A DNA stretch of 52,243 nucleotides from Candidatus Sulfobium sp. (GTDB lineage Bacteria > Nitrospirota > Thermodesulfovibrionia > Thermodesulfovibrionales > UBA6898). Under the pieces are notes generated by a model that was not told the DNA's origin, did not search any database, and was given only the letters and a program-made list of their open reading frames with translations. Below, one piece after another: positions 1-8,614 of the stretch (position 1 is the first letter of the stretch; the number at the start of each line of letters is the position of its first letter). Location: positions 1 to 52,243 of the forward strand of contig JARRRI010000004.1 of the NCBI GenBank assembly GCA_037380845.1. The letters are read 5' to 3'. Position numbers and translations under genes: made by a program.

Positions 1-344
1 CTTTTACATACCTCAAAGCCGTATATCTTGGGAAGGGCGACTTCCATTATTGTGAGAAAAGGATATTCCCTGAGGGCCTTGACGACGGTGTCGATTCCGT
101 CCGATGTCGTTATGATCTTACAGCCCAGAGGAGAAAGAATGGAAGTAATGCTGTTGATCATTTCGGGGTTTGAATGGGCAACGAGTATCTTGCCGGTGTC
201 GAGGTTTTTTCCGGGCCGGGCCGCCGGCTTCCTGACGATCAGCACCGCACCGCACTTCGGACATTTGAACCTCGAACCGGAAGGCGAAAGCCTTGTCTCG
301 TCCACTTTGAGCTTTGCCCGGCATTTAGGACATAAAACTACCAC
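1..344 (-). CDS. Zinc-ribbon (MJ0042-like) plus atypical receiver-domain protein, runs off the window edge
   Basis: Not in the ORF track. Hand translation from GTG at 344, with AAGGAGG upstream: MVVLCPKCRAKLKVDE...FKCPKCGAVL...KILVAHSNPE...FLTIMEVALPKIYGFEVCK. Two CxxC pairs, then a CheY-like pattern. Confidence 0.8.
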   Translation of the reverse strand, partial: MVVLCPKCRAKLKVDETRLSPSGSRFKCPKCGAVLIVRKPAARPGKNLDTGKILVAHSNPEMINSITSILSPLGCKIITTSDGIDTVVKALREYPFLTIMEVALPKIYGFEVCK

Positions 345-1009
345 CTGCGAATCCTCCTTGGCAGCCACAATTTGATCGTGAGCAGACCCGCCAGGAAACC
401 TCCCATGTGAGCAAACCAGGCTATACCCCCCTGGTTCGGTCCGGCATGGATGAGCAGGCCGCTCACGACCTGTATAATAGCCCAAAAGCCGATAACTATC
501 AAGGCGGGAATCCTGATGATCTGGACAAAGAAGCCGAGAAAAACAACGGTGTGGACCCTGGCCCTCGGAAAGAGCAGGATATATGCTCCGAGGATCCCTG
601 AAATCGCGCCGCTGGCGCCGATCATTGGGACGGTCGACGAAGGCACCGTTAACGCATATGCATAAGCCGATATGACGCCGCTTACCAGGTAGAACAGAAA
701 AAATCTCATGTGTCCCAGCACGTCTTCTATATTGTTCCCGAATATCCAGAGGTATAACATATTGCCGCTTATATGCAAGAGTCCGCCGTGCATGAACATC
801 GAGGTGAAGACCGTCAGGGACGGGGGTATCGCCTGGTCCGATCCGAAGGTCAGTATGTTTTTTGGTATCGCCCCGTAAACGTGCGCCATCCTGCCCGCGT
901 CATTACCCGACACGAACTGAAGTATGAAGACCGCGACGTTCACTCCCATGATGAGATACGTAACGAAGGGCACGGTCCTGACGGGATTGTCGTCTTTATA
1001 AGGGATCAA
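338..1009 (-). CDS. Rhomboid family intramembrane serine protease
   Basis: SMFMHGGLLHISGNMLYL, catalytic GASGA and AHMGG motifs; several TM segments. Confidence 0.95.
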   Translation of the reverse strand: MIPYKDDNPVRTVPFVTYLIMGVNVAVFILQFVSGNDAGRMAHVYGAIPKNILTFGSDQAIPPSLTVFTSMFMHGGLLHISGNMLYLWIFGNNIEDVLGHMRFFLFYLVSGVISAYAYALTVPSSTVPMIGASGAISGILGAYILLFPRARVHTVVFLGFFVQIIRIPALIVIGFWAIIQVVSGLLIHAGPNQGGIAWFAHMGGFLAGLLTIKLWLPRRIRRW

Positions 1010-1066
1010 CTCTCTTCTCTCTTCAATGGCCGGACACGAAGCTGATCCGCGCCCTATGCCACTATT

Positions 1067-1618
1067 CTACATGCTTCCCCGCTCAATATCAGTCAAAATG
1101 TCCCGCAGGTGACTTCTCAGATGGACTGTCACCGCGGCGGAGTTTATGGGGACACCGTCCAGTTCCGCCTTTATCTCCCGCGTATCAAATTTACACTCCC
1201 GGCCGTCCTTTACATAGCTAAAGTCAAAGTCCACCCGGGGATTGCCCGTTATCAGGACGATCAGGGTATCGGCGATATCGCCCAGGGGCCTCATATCTAT
1301 GTGGCCCGGTCTGAAACGGGCTTCCACGACGGTGCCCTTGTTCGCTGCGGACGATATATTTATGTCGCCGCCGGTCTCCCTTGCAGATTGGGCGAGGAGC
1401 GCAAGGCCCATCCCGATCTTTCTGGTCGTGCGGGTGGTGTAAAAGGGATCGAGTGCCTCGCGCAGGTGCTCCTGAGGAATTCCCCTTCCGTTATCTTCCA
1501 CGCGGACGGTAAAGATATCCTCACTGCTCTTTTCGGTAATCCGGATCTTAACGAGAGTGGCGCCCGCATTGATCGAGTTTTCTACGATGTCCAGTATATG
1601 GAGAGAGATGTCTTCCAT
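1067..1618 (-). CDS. HATPase_c (histidine-kinase-like ATPase) of the type found in hydrogenase accessory clusters
   Basis: DIVENSINAGA, DNGRG, DPFYTTRTTRKIGMGL; no HisKA domain. Confidence 0.85.
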   Translation of the reverse strand: MEDISLHILDIVENSINAGATLVKIRITEKSSEDIFTVRVEDNGRGIPQEHLREALDPFYTTRTTRKIGMGLALLAQSARETGGDINISSAANKGTVVEARFRPGHIDMRPLGDIADTLIVLITGNPRVDFDFSYVKDGRECKFDTREIKAELDGVPINSAAVTVHLRSHLRDILTDIERGSM

Positions 1619-1622
1619 AAGT

Positions 1623-2363
1623 CTACGGAACGATCCCCCGCCCCCCGGTACCCTTCATCGCGAGGCGGATCTCGTCGAATGTCGAATGATACATGAGGAG
1701 GCCGGTCGTCCTCCTTCCGATGTCTTCTATCTCGTGCGCATCCGAGGATGTAACCCACGGTATGTGGAGATAATCTGAAAAAGTTTTTGCCGCATCAGAC
1801 ATTGTAATCCGCGGGGAGATTTCCAGCCCGTCGAACTCTATCCCGGCCGGGACGAAGCCGAGCTGGCCGATGATCCCGAAACCTTCCCTGTCGATATGGC
1901 TGGCGATAGCCAGCCCGCTGAAGCTGTGTATGAGATCGACGACCCTGTCTACCGGAAGGCCGGTCGCGCCGATCAGGAGTCTCCTGTTGAACGCCACTAC
2001 CTCATCGGCCTCATTGGCGACGACCTGCATCCCGAATCTTTCGTCGTCGTTTTCCCCTGCCTGCAGGTTTTCGTATACCACCGTCTGCATCGCCTCCGCG
2101 TCTTCCACAGCCCCGAAGAGACCCAGGATGTGGACCTCTTCCATCGAGGTGATCTCCATCCCGGGGACAACATTTATCCCTTTCTTCTTCGCCAGGTGTT
2201 TAGTCACCTCCGCGTTTTCCGCCGAGTTGTGGTCGCATATCGCAAGGATGTTGATCCCGAGGGATGCCGCTCTTTCGACGATGGCCCGCGGCGTCATCGA
2301 CAGGCCGGCGCAGGGGGAAAGACACGTATGGATATGCAGGTCGGCCCTGAACTCTACCGGCAT
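1623..2363 (-). CDS. PHP-domain phosphoesterase
   Basis: DLHIHTCLSPC, CDHN, SHIDR and SSDAH motifs. Confidence 0.9.
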   Translation of the reverse strand: MPVEFRADLHIHTCLSPCAGLSMTPRAIVERAASLGINILAICDHNSAENAEVTKHLAKKKGINVVPGMEITSMEEVHILGLFGAVEDAEAMQTVVYENLQAGENDDERFGMQVVANEADEVVAFNRRLLIGATGLPVDRVVDLIHSFSGLAIASHIDREGFGIIGQLGFVPAGIEFDGLEISPRITMSDAAKTFSDYLHIPWVTSSDAHEIEDIGRRTTGLLMYHSTFDEIRLAMKGTGGRGIVP

Positions 2364-2701
2364 CTCAGGCCGAGGGAATAGAGCCTGCCGACCAGTTCGA
2401 AAGTGGGCAGGGTGGTTGCCAGTATGGGGACGTTCTCCTCGGCAGCTTTTTTCAGGGTTTCCTGGTCAGGGGTCCTGTTGTTTACCAGGACTATCCCGGA
2501 AAGTCCCTTAAGGGAGGCGACGGCGACGATATTCAAGTGTACCTGGAGTGTAACCCACAGGAAACCCTCTCTGGCGTTTCCGATCACATCCGACAGGAGG
2601 TCGCTCACATAACCCCCCGTGACCTCCCTTTTCAGGTCAATGCCGGGTGTCTTTACTTCAAGAGAGAGGGAATCGACAAGATCCACGAGTTTCATGGCCA
2701 C
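2354..2701 (-). CDS. DRTGG-domain protein
   Basis: GGYVSDLLSDV, LWVTLQVHLNIVAVASL. Confidence 0.85.
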   Translation of the reverse strand: MAMKLVDLVDSLSLEVKTPGIDLKREVTGGYVSDLLSDVIGNAREGFLWVTLQVHLNIVAVASLKGLSGIVLVNNRTPDQETLKKAAEENVPILATTLPTFELVGRLYSLGLRCR

Positions 2702-2711
2702 CTCCTTAATT

Positions 2712-2960
2712 AGAGTCTGTATGAGAATTGTCTTATTCGCCGAAGTCCTGTCATGACCGCAAGCCCCAACCGGGTCGGGACAGGCTGCGCGCGCCTGCCT
2801 GCCGGCAGGCAGGTCGGGAATCCTTCTGTAAGACCGCTTGAAAGGTTCCCCGTAAAGGTCGGGACAGGCCGGACAAGTTTGCCCGCCCCAGGCGGCGCCG
2901 AAGGCGACCGGGGCCGGAACGACAAACTGCTTCGGACTTGCGCTGCAATTTATAACTCAT
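2712..2960. repeat. Composite palindromic intergenic element
   Basis: Perfect 20-bp palindrome CCTGCCTGCCGGCAGGCAGG at 2794-2813 and two copies of GGTCGGGACAGGC; the ORFs over it have no protein-family signature. Confidence 0.65.
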
Positions 2961-2990
2961 CCTTTTCCCCGCCGGGCATCGTCTTCTTTG

Positions 2991-3419
2991 TCACCGGTTC
3001 AGATAGATGATAAATTCCAGTGTTGTCCCTGCGCCGACGACCGAATTGATTTTCAGTTGGTCGGTGTTTTTCTTGATGTTCGGAAGTCCCATCCCGGAGC
3101 CGAAGCCCATCTCACGGATATAATCTGGTGCCGTGGAATATCCCTCCGTCATGGCCAGTTCAATATTTTCGATCCCCGGTCCCATGTCTTCCACCACGAC
3201 CCGGATCTTGTCCGGTGTTACGTAATACTTCATCATGCCTGCCACCGCGTATATGATCAGGTTCATCTCCGCTTCGAAGGCGGCTATGGCCGCCCTCCTG
3301 ATCACTCGTCCCTGGACGTTCATCCCTTCAAGCAGGCCCTTCAGGCGGCTCGATGCCGCTCCTGCATTGGTGAAGTCCTTGCCGGTAAGAAAGAAGCAGC
3401 CTTCCGTGCAGCCGCTCAC
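2991..3419 (-). CDS. RsbW/RsbT-like anti-sigma regulatory Ser/Thr kinase (ATP-binding protein)
   Basis: FEAEMNLIIYA, EDMGPGIENIELAMTEGYSTA, GFGSGMGLPNI. Confidence 0.85.
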   Translation of the reverse strand: MSGCTEGCFFLTGKDFTNAGAASSRLKGLLEGMNVQGRVIRRAAIAAFEAEMNLIIYAVAGMMKYYVTPDKIRVVVEDMGPGIENIELAMTEGYSTAPDYIREMGFGSGMGLPNIKKNTDQLKINSVVGAGTTLEFIIYLNR

Positions 3420-3772
3420 CCGCCGCCCTCCGCATTGCTCCGCAGTCCCTTCTCATAGAGTTTTCCGCACACGTCGAACATGGAGTAATCGGTCACAAGC
3501 AACGGGATCCTCTTTTCCTCGGCAAGGGCGATCGTGTCGACATCAGGCCTCTTGGACTGAACGAAGACTATGGCCCTGATGTCGGCTACCTCTGCCGTGC
3601 GGATTACCTGGGTGTTGGTCAGACCCGTAATCAGGAGCGAGCTGGTGATCGAAAAGGCCAATACATCGCTCATGAGGTCCGCACAGTAAGCCATATCGAC
3701 CCTGATGCCCATATCTTTTGCCCTGGCAAGAATCCTGGCACCAAGGGCGCTCTTTATCTCGTCGAGTGTCAT
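3416..3772 (-). CDS. DRTGG-domain protein
   Basis: ADLMSDVLAF, LLITGLTNTQVIRTAEVAD. Homology begins at MTLDEIK (3772); the longer ORF from 3883 overlaps the upstream gene. Confidence 0.85.
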   Translation of the reverse strand: MTLDEIKSALGARILARAKDMGIRVDMAYCADLMSDVLAFSITSSLLITGLTNTQVIRTAEVADIRAIVFVQSKRPDVDTIALAEEKRIPLLVTDYSMFDVCGKLYEKGLRSNAEGGG

Positions 3773-3863
3773 GAGAGTAACGGAGAGGGCCGGGAAAACC
3801 CGGCGGAAGCCCGGACCGGCCGCGTACGTCTCAGGACTTCCGCCTTTATCATTTCCTTCTACC

Positions 3864-6320
3864 TTATCCCTGTACCGCTTCAATCTTTACCGCGGTCGTA
3901 ACGGGGGTTCCGTTTTCCGAAGGGAAAGTGAGAGCGTTGACCCTGCCGTGCGGGAAGTGAGACGACGTGAATACGGTTCCGGACGGAATCTCATCCGATA
4001 CCTTCGCCTTGAGGTATACCGTTCCGCGCTTTGAAGTGACCTTGACATGGCTGCTGTCGGATATACCGAACTTCTTTGCGTCGTCTTCGCCCACCTCCAG
4101 GAATGCTTCCGAAACGACAAGGTCGAGGGCCTTTGACCTCGTCGACATGGTCCCCGAGTGCTGAAGCACGTCTCTCGTTACCAGTGAGAGCGGATATTCA
4201 GCATCGGGTTCTTCGCCTTCGGAATGCGCCACCGGCTGGAAGGCCCTTTTCCCCTCCGGCTGCCCTTCCGCCTTTACCATAGCCGCTATCTCTTCAGATA
4301 CGTCGCCGATGTTCCTGATCGAAATATCGGAGCCCATCACGAGCGAGAGGTTCCTTATTATCTGCCAGTCCGGCATCGACTGCCCCGTGGTCTCGACCAC
4401 CTTGTTCAGCTTCTGGGCGACGCCCTCGGCGTTTACGAAAGTCCCGTCCTTCTCAGCCCAGCTCGATGCAGGGAGCAGGACGTGGGCGTACTTGGCGGTC
4501 TCGGTCATCGCGATATCCTGGACTATCAGCAGTTCCAGTGCCTTAAGCGTGTGTATGATCTTTGAATTATAGGGGAATGCGGAGACGGGGTCTTCGCCCA
4601 TGATATAAAGAGCATGAAGCGAGCCCGGCTGGTAGAGCATGTCAAAGAGGTCTTTGCCTCCCTCCGGCCTGATACCCATCTCATAGGCACCGAAGGTATT
4701 TGCGTAGTCGGCCGGTATCTGCAGCGCCTCCGCCTCTTCCCCCAGCAGGATGACGAGGTTCGCCGCCGCCAGCACGGTGTCGGAACCCTTGGTGTTCTCG
4801 GTATGGTTGACCGTGAGGGATATCATGCGGCTCTTTGCCTTTGCCAGTGCCTCGGCCGCCGCGACGATTTCGTCGCCGGGAATCCCGGTGATTTCCGAGA
4901 CTTTCTCCGGGGTGTAATCCGCGACCGTCTTTTCGAATTCAGCAAAGCCTTCCACCCCGGATATCGTCTCTCTGTCGTAAAGGCCCTTGTCCATAATGGC
5001 CTTCATTAGACCATTCAGGAAGGCCACCGAGGTGCCCCTTTTCATTTTGAGGTAAGCGGTGCTGTGCCTGGTGAGCTTCGTCTCTTTCGAGTCCGCAACG
5101 ATAAGTCGGGAGCCTTCCCTCTTTGCCTGCAGTATATTGAGGCCGAAGACGGGATGGGTTACGCTTATGTCGGACTCGACGACCAGGATCGCCTCCTTTC
5201 CCAGAGGGGCCTTCAAGTCTATGGGATGAGTCTCTAGTCCGAAAGCCTTCCCGAGTGCGCTCTGCACCTTCGTGTATCCGAAGGCCGCAGCGGAATCGAG
5301 GTTGCCGGAGCCCACGACGCCGGCCATGAATTTCTTCAGCATGTAGTTGTCTTCGTTTGTGCACCTGTGGGAGCCGATGGCGCCGACGGACGAGCTGCCA
5401 TAGGAATTCGTTATGAACTTCAGCCTGTCGCTGATATAGGACAGTGCTTCGTCCCATGAGGCCGGTACAAGAACGCCTTCCTTCCTGATCATCGGCGTCT
5501 TCAGCCTGTTTTCGCTGTAGATGTAGTCGAAGCCGAACCGGCCCCTTCCGCAGAGGTTTCCCTCCGACCGGCCATTGTCCTCTTTCCCCCGGGAGCGGAG
5601 TATCTTGCCCTCCCTGAGGCCCAGGGTAAGCGTGCACCCGCAGCCGCAGAAAGAACAGACCGTTTCCTTCTCCTCAAGGAACCATGCACGGGCCTGGAAC
5701 TTGAAGGGCTTGCTGAGGAGAGCCCCGGTGGGGCAGATGTCTATGCACTGTCCGCAGTAATCACACTCCAGGATCTCGCCGAAGGCCGGCTGCACCACCG
5801 TCGGGAAGCCTCTCCCTATGAAACCCAGCGCCCCCCTGCTCTGGTGCTCTGCACAGATGCGGACGCACTTTCCGCAGAGGATGCATCTGTTAGCCGTCAG
5901 CTCGACAAGAGGCCCCCTCACGTCCGGCGGTGCGGCCTTCCTGTGCCTTACAAAGCGCCCCTCCGGTTTACCGTATTCATATGCAATGTCCTGGAGGTCG
6001 CATTCGCCTGCCTTGTCGCAGATCGGGCAGTCCAGAGGATGATGTATCAGGAGGAGTTCAAGGACCGTTTGGCGTGCCTTCCGGAGCTTCGGTGTTTCCG
6101 TCTTGACGACCATGCCGGGCGCCACGGGGGTGGAACAGGAGGCGAAAAGCCTCGGCTGCTTTTCCACTTCCACGACACAGAGCCTGCAGCCGCCGTAAGG
6201 TCTCAGCCTTTTGTCATAGCACATGTTCGGTATATGGATCCCGTTTTGCTGGGCGGCCTTGAGTATTGTAGTGCCCTCTTCGACGGATATGGCCTTGTCG
6301 TTGATCGTAAGTTCAACCAT
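3864..6320 (-). CDS. NuoG/FdhA/SfrA-like Fe-S subunit (molybdopterin-oxidoreductase fold; no H-cluster, no Mo-ligating Cys/Sec)
   Basis: 2Fe-2S (GGCRLCVVE), HPLDCPICDKAGECDLQ, 2x4Fe-4S (CILCGKC, CDYCGQCIDICP) and CSFCGCGC; GNLDSAAAFGY where FdhA has its catalytic Cys/Sec. Confidence 0.85.
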   Translation of the reverse strand: MVELTINDKAISVEEGTTILKAAQQNGIHIPNMCYDKRLRPYGGCRLCVVEVEKQPRLFASCSTPVAPGMVVKTETPKLRKARQTVLELLLIHHPLDCPICDKAGECDLQDIAYEYGKPEGRFVRHRKAAPPDVRGPLVELTANRCILCGKCVRICAEHQSRGALGFIGRGFPTVVQPAFGEILECDYCGQCIDICPTGALLSKPFKFQARAWFLEEKETVCSFCGCGCTLTLGLREGKILRSRGKEDNGRSEGNLCGRGRFGFDYIYSENRLKTPMIRKEGVLVPASWDEALSYISDRLKFITNSYGSSSVGAIGSHRCTNEDNYMLKKFMAGVVGSGNLDSAAAFGYTKVQSALGKAFGLETHPIDLKAPLGKEAILVVESDISVTHPVFGLNILQAKREGSRLIVADSKETKLTRHSTAYLKMKRGTSVAFLNGLMKAIMDKGLYDRETISGVEGFAEFEKTVADYTPEKVSEITGIPGDEIVAAAEALAKAKSRMISLTVNHTENTKGSDTVLAAANLVILLGEEAEALQIPADYANTFGAYEMGIRPEGGKDLFDMLYQPGSLHALYIMGEDPVSAFPYNSKIIHTLKALELLIVQDIAMTETAKYAHVLLPASSWAEKDGTFVNAEGVAQKLNKVVETTGQSMPDWQIIRNLSLVMGSDISIRNIGDVSEEIAAMVKAEGQPEGKRAFQPVAHSEGEEPDAEYPLSLVTRDVLQHSGTMSTRSKALDLVVSEAFLEVGEDDAKKFGISDSSHVKVTSKRGTVYLKAKVSDEIPSGTVFTSSHFPHGRVNALTFPSENGTPVTTAVKIEAVQG

Positions 6321-8200
6321 TATGCTTCCCCCTTTGCCGTCCCGCCTTCCGGCGCCCCGGTCTTGACCTCTTCGGCCTTTTCGGGCGATCCCGCGTCATA
6401 GCCGGCGGGCATGATCTTTATCGATTTGAATTTGCATGCCTCATAGCATGTCCTGCAGTGTACGCATACCTCCTGGATGATCTTGTGGGGCTGCTTCTTC
6501 TCTCCTATTATCGCTTTTGAGGGGCATGCCCTCAGACAGGCGCCGCATCCCTTGCAGAGTTCCTCGTCTATCACGAACGTCGTAAGGTTTCTGCAGACGC
6601 CGGCCTTGCACCATTTGTCGTGGATATGCGACTCGTATTCGTCCCTGAAGTATTTTATCGTTGTCAGCACCGGGTTCGGAGCGGTCTGACCGAGGCCGCA
6701 GAGCGAGGTGGTGAGGATGTCCTTTGCGAGGTCCTGAAGGGTCTCGATGTCGCCTTCCTTGCCGTTCCCCTCGGTGATATCGGTAAGCATGTCCAGCAGG
6801 ATCTTCGTGCCTACCCTGCAGGGCGTACATTTGCCGCAGGATTCATCGGCCGTGAATTCGAGAAAAAATCTGGCGGTGCCGACCATGCAGGTATTGTCGT
6901 CCATCACGACCATTCCGCCGGAACCCACGATGGCTCCGGTGGCCACAATGTCCTCGTAGGTAACCGGCGTATCCAGGAGGTGTTCCGGGATGCAGCCGCC
7001 GGAAGGCCCCCCGAGCTGTACGGCCTTGAAAGTCCGGCCCTTTCTGATGCCGCCGCCGATGTCGTAGATGATCCTTCTGAGGGGAATGCCCATCGGCACT
7101 TCGACCAGGCCCACGTTGTTTACCGCACCCGTCAGGGCGAACACCTTGGTGCCCGCGCTCTTTTCCGTCCCCAGGCTCCTGTACCAGTCCGATCCGTTCA
7201 GGATGATCGGTGCTATCTGGGCGAGTGTCTCGACGTTGTTCAGCACCGATGGCTTGTCCCACAATCCCTTTACGGCAGGGAAGGGAGGCCTGGGCCTGGG
7301 CATTCCCCGTTTGCCCTCTATGGAGCGCATAAGCGCAGTCTCTTCGCCGCACACGAATGCGCCGGCGCCAAGGTAGATGCCGAGTTCAAAGTCGAACCCG
7401 GTATCGAGGATGTTCTTTCCGAGGAGTCCCATCTCGGTCGCCTGGTCTATTGCCATCTGCAGACGTTTCACGGCAAGGGGATATTCGGCCCTCACATAAA
7501 TGTAGCCGTTGTGGGCGCCTATCGCCTTTGCGCCGATGATCATTCCCTCTATCACGGAATGGGGGTCCGCTTCCATAACCGACCTGTCCATAAACGCGCC
7601 GGGGTCCCCCTCGTCGCCGTTGCAGAGCATGTATTTAACATCGGATTTCACCTTGGAGGCGAATTCCCATTTCAAGCCGGTGGGGAATCCGGCGCCGCCC
7701 CTGCCGCGCACTCCGGAGTCCTTCACGGTCTTTATGATCTCTTCCGGTGTCATTGCCGTAAGCGCCCGGGCCGCAGCCTGGTAGCCGTCCCTGGAGATAT
7801 ATTCCTCGATCTTTTCCGGATCGATCAGCCCCTTGTTCCTCAGCACCCTCAGCACCTGATGCTTGAAGAAGGGAATTTCCTTCATCAGAGGTATGGCGGT
7901 CTTCTTCTCCGGCTCCCTGAACATGAGTTTCTCGTAGGGCCTTCCTTTAAGGAAATGCTCCTCTACGAGCTTCGGTATCTCCTCGACCGTCAGCTTCTGA
8001 TAGAAGACCTCGTCGGGGTATACGGACATGACGGGGCCTTCGGCGCAGTAGCCGTTGCAGCCCGTCAGGACGATCTTGATCTCATCGGCGAGGCCTTTCT
8101 TTTTCAGCTCTTCCTGGAGGGCGTCTTTTACCTTCATCGTCCCGCTTGCCACGCAGCCCGTCCCCGCGCATAACATCAGATTTGCACGAAACTTTTCCAT
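6320..8200 (-). CDS. HydB/HndC-like NAD(P)H/FMN subunit (NuoF family with extra ferredoxin domains)
   Basis: N-terminal 2Fe-2S (CAGTGC, GCNGYC), GRGGAGFPTG, GDEGDPGAFMDR, GGPSGG, CGKCTPCR and C-terminal 2x4Fe-4S. Confidence 0.92.
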   Translation of the reverse strand: MEKFRANLMLCAGTGCVASGTMKVKDALQEELKKKGLADEIKIVLTGCNGYCAEGPVMSVYPDEVFYQKLTVEEIPKLVEEHFLKGRPYEKLMFREPEKKTAIPLMKEIPFFKHQVLRVLRNKGLIDPEKIEEYISRDGYQAAARALTAMTPEEIIKTVKDSGVRGRGGAGFPTGLKWEFASKVKSDVKYMLCNGDEGDPGAFMDRSVMEADPHSVIEGMIIGAKAIGAHNGYIYVRAEYPLAVKRLQMAIDQATEMGLLGKNILDTGFDFELGIYLGAGAFVCGEETALMRSIEGKRGMPRPRPPFPAVKGLWDKPSVLNNVETLAQIAPIILNGSDWYRSLGTEKSAGTKVFALTGAVNNVGLVEVPMGIPLRRIIYDIGGGIRKGRTFKAVQLGGPSGGCIPEHLLDTPVTYEDIVATGAIVGSGGMVVMDDNTCMVGTARFFLEFTADESCGKCTPCRVGTKILLDMLTDITEGNGKEGDIETLQDLAKDILTTSLCGLGQTAPNPVLTTIKYFRDEYESHIHDKWCKAGVCRNLTTFVIDEELCKGCGACLRACPSKAIIGEKKQPHKIIQEVCVHCRTCYEACKFKSIKIMPAGYDAGSPEKAEEVKTGAPEGGTAKGEA

Positions 8201-8229
8201 CTATTTCCTCCTCACACTTTTTTTCACTT

Positions 8230-8613
8230 TCAGTATGTCGTCTCGCTGCCGACAACCAGGGCGTATTTCTCGACGGGGGCGCCCCCCAGCACGTGTTCCC
8301 TGAATATCTCCCTCATCTTTTCTTCGTTCAGGTCGCAGTACCTGACGGGGGGCTGGTTCATCAGCTCCACCGTAGCCAGAGGCTCTTTTGCGCAGAGGCC
8401 CGCGCAGCCTGACGTGGTGACGATGATGTCAGTGGATTTTGCCTTCGCCATCTCGTCCATAAGCGCCGTCATGACCGCCCTGGCACCGGCCGCTATGCCG
8501 CAGGTGCCCATGTGTACGGTAACCTTCGCCCTGTATCCGCCTTCCCTCAGTGTGAACTCGGCTCTGTGCTGTTCCTTGATCTTCTGAAGATCCTCTATCT
8601 TTAATCTTGGCAT
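8230..8613 (-). CDS. HndB/HydD-like thioredoxin-fold 2Fe-2S ferredoxin subunit
   Basis: VHMGTCGIAAGAR, TSGCAGLCAKEP. Confidence 0.9.
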   Translation of the reverse strand: MPRLKIEDLQKIKEQHRAEFTLREGGYRAKVTVHMGTCGIAAGARAVMTALMDEMAKAKSTDIIVTTSGCAGLCAKEPLATVELMNQPPVRYCDLNEEKMREIFREHVLGGAPVEKYALVVGSETTY

Positions 8614-8614
8614 A

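Noticed and set aside
2712..2960. CRISPR array
   Set aside because: Repeats are palindromic, irregularly spaced and few, and there are no cas genes.
3864..6320. Calling the large subunit an [FeFe]-hydrogenase or formate dehydrogenase
   Set aside because: There are no H-cluster motifs (TSCCP, MPC, ExMxCxxGC) and no catalytic Cys/Sec-His at the FdhA position.
6620..8173. Long opposite-strand ORFs (e.g. 517 aa here, 349 aa at 50464-51513, 285 aa at 8726-9583)
   Set aside because: Antisense shadows of well-conserved GC-rich genes, with no recognisable motifs.
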